Positions 1-9,300 of a DNA stretch of 24,000 nt are shown here, piece after piece (the first letter of the stretch is position 1; every line of letters begins with the position of its first letter). The stretch comes from Spirochaetia bacterium (lineage in GTDB: Bacteria; Spirochaetota; Spirochaetia; CADAEX01). The DNA lies in the NCBI GenBank assembly GCA_963662265.2, contig CAXXHA010000036.1:14247-38246 (forward strand). The letters run 5' to 3'. Under the pieces are notes generated by a model. The model did no database searches, had not been told where the DNA came from, and saw only the letters and a program-made list of their open reading frames with translations. The translations under genes and the position numbers were made by a program.

Positions 1-1
1 G

Positions 2-334
2 GTAAGGGGAGAGGTTAAGGAAAGTACTCTGAACCCCTCAATATTCCCCTCTGTATATTCAACTGATATGGAGGAGATTGTTTCAGCCGAAATGGTCAGC
101 CCTGATGTGCTTGTGAAATGGGGAACTGCGGCTTTTACAGATATTGATGATGACCCTGTGATCACCGAGAGAGCAGGGGACAACCCCCTTTATACAATGG
201 CAGAAGAAATATACGGAAGGAACAGGACAGATGTCATTATTCCTTCCGATGCGGCCGACCTTCTTTTCTACAAAAAACTCAATCAAGACCTGATCAGGGA
301 AGGCCGGTTTGTGATTATTACAGACCTGCCATAA
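2..334 (+). CDS. 3' end of an unidentified protein-coding gene (5' end lies upstream of the window)
   Basis: The frame is open from the first full codon of the window, with no stop between 2 and 67. The ATG at 68 used by the ORF track is therefore probably internal. Stop TAA at 332-334. I recognise no motif. The 3' end overlaps the convergent peptidase gene by 17 nt. Confidence 0.5.
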   Translation, partial: VRGEVKESTLNPSIFPSVYSTDMEEIVSAEMVSPDVLVKWGTAAFTDIDDDPVITERAGDNPLYTMAEEIYGRNRTDVIIPSDAADLLFYKKLNQDLIREGRFVIITDLP

Positions 335-1544
335 TAAGAGCCATTATTACAGCATCCCCGGTAAGATTCTCCATTTTGCAGTATTCATTCGGCATATGGG
401 CAGTTTCATCTATTCTTGCCCAGACTGCAGCATCAATACCCGCATTTCTCAGGTAAGCTGCAACAGTCCCCCCCCCGATACCAATAAGCTGAGGTTCTGT
501 TTTGTAGACTTCCTTTATTTTTTCCTCAAGTTTTTTAACAAGCAGGCATTCTGCAGGTGTTGCTTTTGATTCTGTTCTCTGAACATGTTCATACCTGACT
601 TTTACTTTATATTTATGCTCTATTTCAGAAATAATTTTGTCTATTTCCGGGTATATCCTGTTCAGTCCTGTCGAAGGCAGTACTCTGCAGTCAAGGTAGA
701 AAACATCCTCTCCAGGCAGTGTGTTTATATTGGGGACATTTGCCTCTTTCTGTGTCGGGGTAATTGTGGAATAGGGGGGATCAAATATTGGATCATGATC
801 GTTGAGTATTTTTTCTATTTCCGAGAGCCTCACAACCATGTCGGATGCTGCTGTGAATGCATTGTTTCCCAGGTCAGGACGGGATGCATGGCACTGACGT
901 CCGGTTGTTGTGAATTTCAGCCATGCAATACTCTTTTCCGCTATTTCTATTGTTTTCCCATCAGGATCCCCGGAATCCGGAACAAGCACAAAATCCTCTT
1001 TATTGAAAAGATTGTGGTTTTCAAGAAGATATGTGATCCCATAGTCAGATCCCACCTCTTCGTCTGCTACAAAAAGCAGTTTAACTGTATGTTCAGGTAT
1101 AATATTATTTTTCATCAGTGAGAGAGCTGCAAAAACAGATGATGTGAGGCCCTGCTGGTTGTCTTCAACACCTCTTCCGTAAAGCTTTCCATCCTTATAT
1201 TCAACCTTGTAGGGATCAGTTTCCCAGAGTGAAATTTCCCCGGGAGGAACAACATCAAGATGAGCCATTATCCAGAAAGTTCTTTCAGATTTCTCACCGG
1301 GAATTGTCACTACAATATTCGGCCTTTCCCCGGATGTTACCCTCCTGTCAGGGGCATTGAAGCATTCGATATTTTCAAAACCCATTGATTTGAGCTGTTT
1401 AATCAGGGCTTCTGCTTTTAGAGATTCCCCGTCCCCTTCAGAATCAGGTGAAATTGCAGGGAAAGATGTAAGAAGTGTCTGGAATTCAACAATCTCATTT
1501 TCCCTTTCCTTTATATAAGATTCAATTATTTCTTTTTTATCCAT
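318..1544 (-). CDS. M20-family metallopeptidase/deacylase (ArgE/DapE-like); substrate not assignable
   Basis: 408-aa ORF. M20 signatures present: MAHLDVVP (His-x-Asp metal ligands), FVADEEVGSDYG (Asp/Glu-Glu), and a C-terminal AHMPNE His. Strong SD AAGGAG (complement of 1553-1558) lies 8 nt upstream of the ATG. Confidence 0.85.
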   Translation of the reverse strand: MDKKEIIESYIKERENEIVEFQTLLTSFPAISPDSEGDGESLKAEALIKQLKSMGFENIECFNAPDRRVTSGERPNIVVTIPGEKSERTFWIMAHLDVVPPGEISLWETDPYKVEYKDGKLYGRGVEDNQQGLTSSVFAALSLMKNNIIPEHTVKLLFVADEEVGSDYGITYLLENHNLFNKEDFVLVPDSGDPDGKTIEIAEKSIAWLKFTTTGRQCHASRPDLGNNAFTAASDMVVRLSEIEKILNDHDPIFDPPYSTITPTQKEANVPNINTLPGEDVFYLDCRVLPSTGLNRIYPEIDKIISEIEHKYKVKVRYEHVQRTESKATPAECLLVKKLEEKIKEVYKTEPQLIGIGGGTVAAYLRNAGIDAAVWARIDETAHMPNEYCKMENLTGDAVIMALIMAGL

Positions 1545-1805
1545 TATTAAAACTCCTTAATTTAGCTTTCGGAAAACTCCATGATTATCAGGTAAAACCT
1601 TGTTTCCTTCCGATTTCACTGCTGTCCCGTGGACATTCATTGTAATCTAAGTTTTCACAGAATCAGGCCAATAACGTAAAGTTTTTGTTTTCCATTTCTG
1701 AAAAATACCCGGTGCATAAAAATAGGTTTTTTAAGATGCCCTGTAATCATTGATTTATAACTTCTTTTTGTGCAATATTATACACATAATTCCCGGAGGT
1801 TTAAA

Positions 1806-3221
1806 TTGAAATCAAGGTTCAAACTGATATTACTGATATTATTTATTGTTATTTTAGCTGTTTCCTGTTCCGGAAAACGGAAAGGGTATGTTGTTATGCT
1901 CTGGCCTCCGGAAGATGTAAAAGCTGAGACAGCTGAAGTTGTCAGAGTTATTTCACTTTCAGATATACGTGATGTCTATGTTATAGAGAAAAAAGAAGAT
2001 AAATACCGGGCAGAAATTCCCAAGTCATCAGGACGTTTTTTCAGGAAGAAAAAAGAAGCTGAAAATTTTGCCGCTGAATTTGAGGAATTTAAAAATACAT
2101 TCGGCTATTCGGAGAAGAGTATCCCGGTAAGGGCTGAACCTGATACTTCATCTGCAAGGGTTTATAAACTCAGGCCCAGCCAGATGATTAAAATCATTGA
2201 AAAAGGTGAAAAGGCGGTAGCTGTCGGCAATCTTACAGGATTCTGGTACAGGGTCCTGACTGATGATGGTTATGAAGGTTACTGCTTTGACAAGTATCTT
2301 AAATTCTTCGAAATGGACAGCGAAAACCTTGCCAGAAACAGCGAAAAGGACTGGCTCAACGATCTTTTCAACAATAAATGGTATCCTGCCAGGTTCAGGG
2401 AAATTATTGACAGCGGAAGAATAATTATCAGTCAGATAAAGACAGGCGAGGGACTTTTTACAGATCCTGAAAAGAAACAGTTTGTTATCCAGACTGAAGA
2501 TGACAGAATAGAGTTTTACTACGAGGAAATTACCAGGATAGATGAGAGGAGATATTTCTTTGAAGGTACACCTGTTGAGATCAATTTTTATCCCAACAAT
2601 TCTGTAAATGTTAAATTTGTATATAACGGAATTGATTACAGCAGTTTTTATACACTCCTTGATTTATCTATTGATGAATATGTGAATACTGAAATTGCAA
2701 GAAGAGATAGTGTTTACAGCGAACTTTATGAAAAGGGCGGGTATCTTTCGAGTGATCTTTACGGATCTATTGCACTTAAAGATAACAGGAAATTCATCTG
2801 GACAGGGTATGTTAACCTTGTTCCTGATATCATCCCTTTCGGATACGGTATTACAGGGCATGTGGAAAATCATTATTATCTCTCAGGCCGCCTTGCCAGA
2901 AGCTACAACGGGATACTCAGTTTCGTGTTTGACAGGAATTCCGAAGAGGTTAATTTTGTTTACTACATGACTGATGAAGAGGGACTCGAGCTTATATACC
3001 TTCCAAAGTCGTTTATTGAAGATGATCTTGTGGATGAGCTTCCGGAAGCCAAGGAAATCTATTATTTCAGGCAGGGGATGACTCTTGAGGAGAGTCAGGG
3101 AATAGAGAAGTTTGATGAAGCTGCAGGAGAGGATGCGGGGATGGATGATGAAATTGAAATACAGCCGGTTCTGCCTGGGACTTCCTCATCTGAGACTTCT
3201 GGTTCGGGAACGGAGTTTTAA
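1806..3221 (+). CDS. SH3b-domain lipoprotein of unknown function
   Basis: The ORF track starts at GTG 1770. TTG 1806 is preceded by GGAGG (1795-1799, 6-nt spacer) and gives a textbook lipoprotein signal, MKSRFKLILLILFIVILAVS|C (lipobox LAVSC). A bacterial SH3-like segment is present: VRAEPDTSSARVYKLRPSQMIKIIEKGE...GFWYRVLTDDGYEGYCFDKYLKF. The C-terminal tail is acidic and Ser/Glu/Asp-rich. Confidence 0.75.
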   Translation: MKSRFKLILLILFIVILAVSCSGKRKGYVVMLWPPEDVKAETAEVVRVISLSDIRDVYVIEKKEDKYRAEIPKSSGRFFRKKKEAENFAAEFEEFKNTFGYSEKSIPVRAEPDTSSARVYKLRPSQMIKIIEKGEKAVAVGNLTGFWYRVLTDDGYEGYCFDKYLKFFEMDSENLARNSEKDWLNDLFNNKWYPARFREIIDSGRIIISQIKTGEGLFTDPEKKQFVIQTEDDRIEFYYEEITRIDERRYFFEGTPVEINFYPNNSVNVKFVYNGIDYSSFYTLLDLSIDEYVNTEIARRDSVYSELYEKGGYLSSDLYGSIALKDNRKFIWTGYVNLVPDIIPFGYGITGHVENHYYLSGRLARSYNGILSFVFDRNSEEVNFVYYMTDEEGLELIYLPKSFIEDDLVDELPEAKEIYYFRQGMTLEESQGIEKFDEAAGEDAGMDDEIEIQPVLPGTSSSETSGSGTEF

Positions 3222-5164
3222 TGGCTTTTCTTCATCTTGCAGGCGTTTCAACCGCTTTCGGCGACAGGGATATTCTTAAAAATATAAATCTCAACATATC
3301 AGACAGTTCCAGAATTGCTCTTTCAGGGGCAAACGGCAGCGGGAAATCAACGCTGCTTAAAATTGCCGCAGGCATAACAAAACCGGATTCAGGTACAGTA
3401 TCTCAGCAGCGTGGGAGCCGTGTTTCATACCTTCCCCAGTCGGGGCTGACATATTCCGGCGCTTCTCTTTACGCGGAAGCTGAAAAAGCGTTTTCAATAT
3501 TTGATTCAGTACTTGAAAGGATATCAGCGCTTGAAAAAGAGCTTGCTTCTGTGACTGATGATTCTGAGAATACACGCAGCAGTATTGAGGAGCACCATCA
3601 TCTCCAGGAGAAACTCCTTTCAAGCGGATATTATGAGAGGGACAGGGAGATATACAAGATTCTTAACGGTCTGGGTTTTTCCGAAAATGATTTAACCCGA
3701 ATGACTGATGAGTTTTCCGGCGGATGGCAGATGAGGATTGCACTTGCCAGGGTTCTGCTTGAAAAACCTGATATCCTGTTTCTTGATGAGCCTACAAACT
3801 ACCTCGATATTGAGGCCAGGTACTGGCTTGAGGATTTTATTTCCAGCTACCCCGGCGGTGTTGTTATAGTCTCTCATGACCGGTTTTTTCTCGATTCAAC
3901 AGTAAATGAAATTATTGAGCTGTTTAACGGAGATCTCAAGAAATACAGAGGTAATTATTCAGATTATGAAAAACTGCGCTCCCAGGAACTTGAAGAGCTT
4001 GTAAAGAGGTACAGGCAGCAGGAAGAGGAAATTGCCAAAGTTGAATACTTTATCCGCAAATTCCGTTTCAATGCATCAAAAGCATCTCTTGTCCAGAGCA
4101 GGGTCAAGTATCTTGAGACAATAGACAGGATTGAAATTCCTGAAAGCCTTAAAAAAATACATTTTACTTTTCCATCGCCTCCCCATTCAGGTAAAGAGGT
4201 CCTCATGATTGATGATCTTTCAAAGTCTTACGGGGAACTTAAAGTTCTTGATAGAGTAAGCCTTAATATCAGGAAGGGGGAAAAGGTAGTTTTTGCAGGT
4301 AAAAACGGCGCAGGAAAGACTACACTTCTGAAAATAGTTTCAGCTCATGATGATGATTATGAAGGTGATGTAAGGACAGGAACAGATGTAAGGCGGGGAT
4401 ATTTTTCCCAGGATTTTGAATCAACCCTGTCTGATGAGAACAATGTTCTTGAAGAGATAGAATCCTCTTCTCCAACAGAAATGATTCCCCAGCTCCGGAA
4501 CCTTCTTGGGGCTTTTCTCTTCAGGGGGGATGATATATTCAAGAAAGTCTCTGTTCTTTCAGGGGGGGAGAAAAACAGGGTGGCTCTTCTTAAGCTTCTT
4601 CTGAAGCCTGTGAACCTCCTGATTCTTGATGAGCCGACAAACCATCTTGATATCAATTCAAAGGATATCCTTCTCGAAGCTCTTCAGAGTTATTCAGGAA
4701 CACTCCTGTTTGTTTCTCATGACAGATATTTCATTGAGAACCTTGCAACCCGGGTCATAGAGATTTCAGACGGCGGAATCAGGGATTTTCCCGGTGATTA
4801 TGAATATTACCTGTGGCGAAAGGCTGAAGGTGAAAAAACTGATTCTGCTTCAGGTGATTCAGAGCAGGGCATACAGATGGAAGAAAAGGTTGTATCTTCT
4901 GTTAAACTGGACCGTGAGCAGTCAAAGGCGCTCAAGAGGGAAAGAAAAAAACTGGAGAAAAAATCAGAACAACTGCTTCATCAGCTTGAAGAACTTGAAA
5001 CAGAAGCATCAGAACTGGAACATGATATGAGCCAGAGGGAAAATTATTCAGACGGGGAAAAAATCAGGAAAATCAAGGAAAAACTCGACAGGAATAAGGA
5101 AAAGCAGCATGAAATCTCTCTTGAGTGGGAAGAAACCGAAACCGCCCTTTCTGAACTGGATTAA
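3221..5164 (+). CDS. ABC-F family ATPase (two ABC cassettes, no membrane domain; Uup/YheS-like size)
   Basis: 647 aa. Cassette 1: Walker A GANGSGKST, signature FSGGWQMRIALA, Walker B ILFLDEPTNYLD. Cassette 2: GKNGAGKTT, LSGGEKNRVALL, LLILDEPTNHLD. Lys/Glu-rich coiled-coil C-terminal extension. ATG 3221 overlaps the upstream TAA (TAATG). Confidence 0.9.
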   Translation: MAFLHLAGVSTAFGDRDILKNINLNISDSSRIALSGANGSGKSTLLKIAAGITKPDSGTVSQQRGSRVSYLPQSGLTYSGASLYAEAEKAFSIFDSVLERISALEKELASVTDDSENTRSSIEEHHHLQEKLLSSGYYERDREIYKILNGLGFSENDLTRMTDEFSGGWQMRIALARVLLEKPDILFLDEPTNYLDIEARYWLEDFISSYPGGVVIVSHDRFFLDSTVNEIIELFNGDLKKYRGNYSDYEKLRSQELEELVKRYRQQEEEIAKVEYFIRKFRFNASKASLVQSRVKYLETIDRIEIPESLKKIHFTFPSPPHSGKEVLMIDDLSKSYGELKVLDRVSLNIRKGEKVVFAGKNGAGKTTLLKIVSAHDDDYEGDVRTGTDVRRGYFSQDFESTLSDENNVLEEIESSSPTEMIPQLRNLLGAFLFRGDDIFKKVSVLSGGEKNRVALLKLLLKPVNLLILDEPTNHLDINSKDILLEALQSYSGTLLFVSHDRYFIENLATRVIEISDGGIRDFPGDYEYYLWRKAEGEKTDSASGDSEQGIQMEEKVVSSVKLDREQSKALKRERKKLEKKSEQLLHQLEELETEASELEHDMSQRENYSDGEKIRKIKEKLDRNKEKQHEISLEWEETETALSELD

Positions 5165-5331
5165 AATTTTCTGCAATTTCAGGCAGGCATATTAAATAAT
5201 GAAGGTGGGGATTGGACCTTCAGCACTTGAGCGGGATAGATCCTGATATTATTGCATGCAGCTTAAAATATCCTGCTGAAGCTTTATATAAAAATATTTA
5301 TTTTCTGAACTGTATTAAAAAAGGGAAAACT

Positions 5332-5925
5332 ATGAAGTTGAAAATCAAGTACAATGCACCTGTTACACTCTCTTTTGCTCTGCTTTCCGCTCTTGTTCTG
5401 TTTATTGATCCTGTATTCGGCAGGAAGATAACAATGCTGTGGTTTTCTGTTCCCGGCTGGGGAGCAATGAATTTCTCAGATCCTTTTCAGTATATAAGGC
5501 TTTTTACCCATGCGGCAGGCCATGCAAACTGGAATCATCTGGTGAGCAACTTTACCTTTATCCTTCTGCTCGGTCCCATACTTGAAGAAAAATACAGAAA
5601 ATTCCCGTTTCTGATGATGATACTTATTACTGCTGCTGTTACAGGTCTTGTTAACCTGTTTCTTTCTCCATATCCGCTTCTCGGAGCCAGCGGTGTTGTA
5701 TTCATGATGATAATACTTATCTCAATTACAAATATAAAAGAGGGTGAAATACCCCTCACCTTTATTCTGATTGTTGTGCTGTTTCTCCTCAAGGAATTTG
5801 TTTATTCGCCTGAAGACGGCATATCCCAGGCTGCCCACATAGCAGGGGGAATATGCGGGAGTTTTTTCGGATTTTTCAGCAGGAAGAATAACGGGAAAGA
5901 AAATCTCTCTCCTGATAATGAATAA
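5332..5925 (+). CDS. Rhomboid-family intramembrane serine protease
   Basis: Rhomboid signatures present: H-x4-H-x3-N (HANWNHLVSN), catalytic GxSG (GASGVVF) and a distal His (AAHIAGG), within a multi-TM protein. I prefer ATG 5332 (MKLKIKYN..., purine-rich AAAAAGGGAAAA upstream). The TTG 5212 of the ORF track adds 40 non-hydrophobic residues and has only a 3-nt SD spacer. The start remains uncertain. Confidence 0.75.
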   Translation: MKLKIKYNAPVTLSFALLSALVLFIDPVFGRKITMLWFSVPGWGAMNFSDPFQYIRLFTHAAGHANWNHLVSNFTFILLLGPILEEKYRKFPFLMMILITAAVTGLVNLFLSPYPLLGASGVVFMMIILISITNIKEGEIPLTFILIVVLFLLKEFVYSPEDGISQAAHIAGGICGSFFGFFSRKNNGKENLSPDNE

Positions 5926-6373
5926 GTTATTATTTATTAAAAAATATTAAGTCTTTATTTATTTTTGCACTATATCATACATAAATTAACAGTAAAATAC
6001 GTAAATTATGTGTTATTATACAAAAATATATATAAAAATGTATCAAAATTATTCAAAAGTGTTGGATTGAAATATTCTTGATAAGAAAATGTATTGTATT
6101 TATTAAAAAATAAGCAGTTGTTTTGTATAAGTATATAAAAATGTATTAAAACCATAGAAAAATCAAAAGGTGTATGAAAAAAAACATTGAAAAAAGCTCT
6201 TTTTTGATCTTTTCCTCTATAAATTATATTTATTTAAATTATTTTTCTGATAAAATGTGCTCATTCTTGGACAATAAAAGCTGAAAACAGGCTTGTTTAT
6301 GTTGTCTGTAAGGCATAATCAATACGAAAGAGTATAAAATCGGCCTTACGGCTTCAGCTGCAGGAGAATTTAC

Positions 6374-9300
6374 ATGGCAATCAGAAAAATTAACAAAATC
6401 ATGTCTGCTAACAGGGGAGAAATAGCAATCAGGACCTTCAGGGCCTGTATGGAACTGGGGATAAAAACTGTGGCTATTTATTCGAAAGAAGACAGACTTT
6501 CGCTGTACAGAACGAAAGCTGATGAAGCATATAGAGTAGGTAAGGGCAAAAGCCCGATAGATGCATATCTCGGAATTGATGAGATTATTGATCTTGCAAA
6601 GAGAAAAGGGGTTGATGCGATTCATCCGGGTTACGGATTTTTATCTGAAAACCCTGAGTTTTCTGAAAAATGTGAAAAAGAAGGTATTATTTTTATCGGC
6701 CCGACTGCAGTGCAGCAGAGAACTCTCGGGGATAAGGTTTCGGCAAGGGCAGCAGCAATTGCTGCAGGAGTACCTGTAGTGCCGGGAACAGACGATCCTG
6801 TGAAATCAGAGGAAGAAGCTTTTAAGTTTGCAAAGGAAGCAGGATACCCCATTATAATAAAGGCAGCTGCAGGCGGCGGCGGCCGGGGAATGAGGGTTGC
6901 CAACAACCACAAGGAACTTGTTGAAGGGCTTCACAGCGCTGCAAGCGAGGCAAAGGCTGCTTTCGGCGATGATACAGTATTCCTTGAAAAATACCTTAAA
7001 AATCCTAAACATATAGAGATACAGATAATCGGTGATACACACGGAAATATTGTCCATTTCTTTGAAAGGGACTGTTCCATACAGAGAAGACACCAGAAGG
7101 TTGTCGAATTTGCGCCTTCACTTGCTATTTCTGATGAACTCAGGCAGGAACTCTGTGATAATGCAATCAAGATTGCAAAGCAGGTTAACTACAGAAATGC
7201 GGGAACTGTAGAGTTTCTCGTAGACCAGAACGGCGGATACTATTTCATTGAAATGAATCCAAGGCTCCAGGTTGAACATACAGTTACTGAGCTTATTACT
7301 GGACGGGACCTTGTCCAGACTCAGATCAGGGTTGCTGAAGGGTATAAACTTTCCGATCCTGAAATAAATATACCTGACCAGAAAAGTATCAAGAAGAGCG
7401 GTTACGCTATCCAGTGCAGAATTACAACTGAGGATCCCCAGAATAATTTTGCCCCTGACTTCGGAACACTCAAGGCATACAGGTCGCCTGCTGGTTTCGG
7501 CGTAAGACTTGATGCGGGAAATGCTTTTACAGGCGCAAGAATAACATCTTCATATGACTCACTCCTCGTGAAGCTGAGCGGATGGGGGCTTTCTTTCGAG
7601 CATGCTGCCATGGTAATGAAGAGATCGCTTGTAGAGTTCAGGATCAGGGGTGTAAAAACCAATATCCCTTTCCTCCAGAATGTAGTTTCACATCCTGTTT
7701 TTCTTGCAGGGCAGTGTGATACCTCATTTATAGGTGATAATCCCGAACTTATGGAATTCAGGGAAAACAAGGACAGGGCTACAAAGATTCTCGATTATAT
7801 AGGCGACAGGGTAATAAACGGGACTGAAGGGATTGAAAAACCCAGGGGATCACTTATCTTCCCTGAAGCTGATGTTCCTGAAATCAGGCTCAGCGCGGAA
7901 AGAAAAGAGGGAACCCGGGATATATTCAAAAAGCTAGGCCCTGAAAAATTCTCGGATTGGATACTGGATCAGAAAAAACTTCTTGTTACAGATACAACAA
8001 TGCGGGATGCTCACCAGTCTCTCCTTGCAACAAGAATTAGAACATATGATATTCTCCAGATTGCAGAAGCTACATCTCATCTTGCATCAGACATGTTTTC
8101 ATTTGAAATGTGGGGCGGTGCTACATTTGATGTATCAATGAGATTCCTTAAAGAGTGCCCGTGGCAGAGACTTCACAAACTCAGGGAAAATATTCCCAAT
8201 GTCCTATTCCAGATGCTGCTCAGGGCTTCAAATGCTGTAGGCTATACAAACTACCCTGACAATGTTGTTCAGGAATTTGTCAGGGAAGCTGCTGATTCAG
8301 GCATAGACCTCTTCAGAATCTTCGACTCCCTCAACTGGACAAAGGGAATGGCTGTTGCAATGGATGCTGTCAGAAGCAACGGCAAGCTCTGCGAAGCTTC
8401 TATCTGCTATACAGGTGACATAACAGACCCTAAAAGGGATAAGTACCCGCTTGAATACTATGTAAACCTCGGCAGGGAGCTTGAAAACATGGGCGCCAAT
8501 ATACTTGCAATCAAGGATATGGCAGGTCTCCTGAAGCCTTTTGCCGCAACAAAACTTATCAGGGCGCTAAAGGATGAGGTTGGTATTCCTGTACATCTCC
8601 ATACTCATGATACATCAAGCAACGGAGGGGCAACCCTGTTGAGAGCAGCGGAGGCAGGTGTTGATATTGTCGATGCATCACTCTCATCAATCTCAGGTCT
8701 TACCGCGCAGCCCAACCTTAATGCGCTGAATGCGGCTCTTGAAGGTACAGATAGGGATCCTCATCTTGATTCTGTCGGAATACAGAAGCTTGCAAACTAC
8801 TGGGAAACAGTAAGAAGCTACTACAAACCTTTTGAAACAGATTTAAAGAGCGGAACTGCTGAAGTTTACTATCATGAGATTCCTGGCGGGCAGTATTCAA
8901 ACTACAAGCCGCGTGTTGCAGGTGTCGGCCTTCTCGATAAGTGGGAAGAGTGCAAGAAAATGTATCATGATGTAAACGAGGCATTCGGCGATATAATCAA
9001 GGTCACACCTTCTTCAAAGATAGTTGCAGACCTTGCAATATTCCTTGTTCAGAATGAAGTTGCGATTGAGGATTTAATTGAAAAAGCACCTGATCTTGCA
9101 TTTCCGCAGTCAGTTGTAGATTTCTTCAAAGGTATGATAGGTCAGCCTTACCTGGGATTTCCTGCAGAACTTCAGAAAGCAATTCTGAAAGGTGAGGAAG
9201 CAATCACCTGCAGGCCCGGAGAGCTGCTTGAGCCTTTTGATTTTGAAAAGGAAAGAAAGGATCTTGAGGAAAAACTGGGACATGAAGTGGATGACAAGGA

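Noticed and set aside
585-1121. 178-aa plus-strand ORF inside the peptidase gene
   Set aside because: It is antisense to a well-supported M20 peptidase CDS. The product is Cys/Phe/Tyr/Ile-rich and low-complexity, with no SD and no motifs, which is typical of a shadow ORF.
1770-1805. GTG 1770 as start of the SH3b lipoprotein
   Set aside because: No SD precedes it. The downstream TTG 1806 has GGAGG at optimal spacing and yields a canonical lipoprotein signal peptide.
5201-5221. Hairpin GAAGGT-N9-ACCTTC downstream of the ABC-F gene as a terminator
   Set aside because: The stem is only 6 bp and is followed by AGCACTTGAG with no U-tract, so I did not call it an intrinsic terminator.
5212-5331. 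TTG 5212 as start of the rhomboid gene
   Set aside because: It adds 40 residues with no hydrophobic or conserved character, and the SD-like GAAGGTGGGG is only ~3 nt from the TTG. ATG 5332 is preferred, though 5212 is not excluded.
6190-6205. A6-GCTC-T6 inverted repeat in the pyc upstream spacer
   Set aside because: The stem is pure A:T, of negligible stability, and is expected by chance in this composition.
6174-6284. 36-aa small ORF (MKKNIEKSSFLIFSSINYIYLNYFSDKMCSFLDNKS) in the pyc upstream spacer
   Set aside because: Its composition simply mirrors AT-rich DNA (Lys/Asn/Ile/Phe/Tyr). The SD-like AAAGG is only 3 nt from the ATG. There is no supporting feature.
6239-6625. 128-aa minus-strand ORF across the pyc start and leader
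   Set aside because: It overlaps the strongly supported pyc N-terminus in antisense and runs into AT-rich spacer. It has no SD or motifs. The same reasoning applies to the other short antisense ORFs inside pyc, the ABC-F gene and both kinases in the ORF track.
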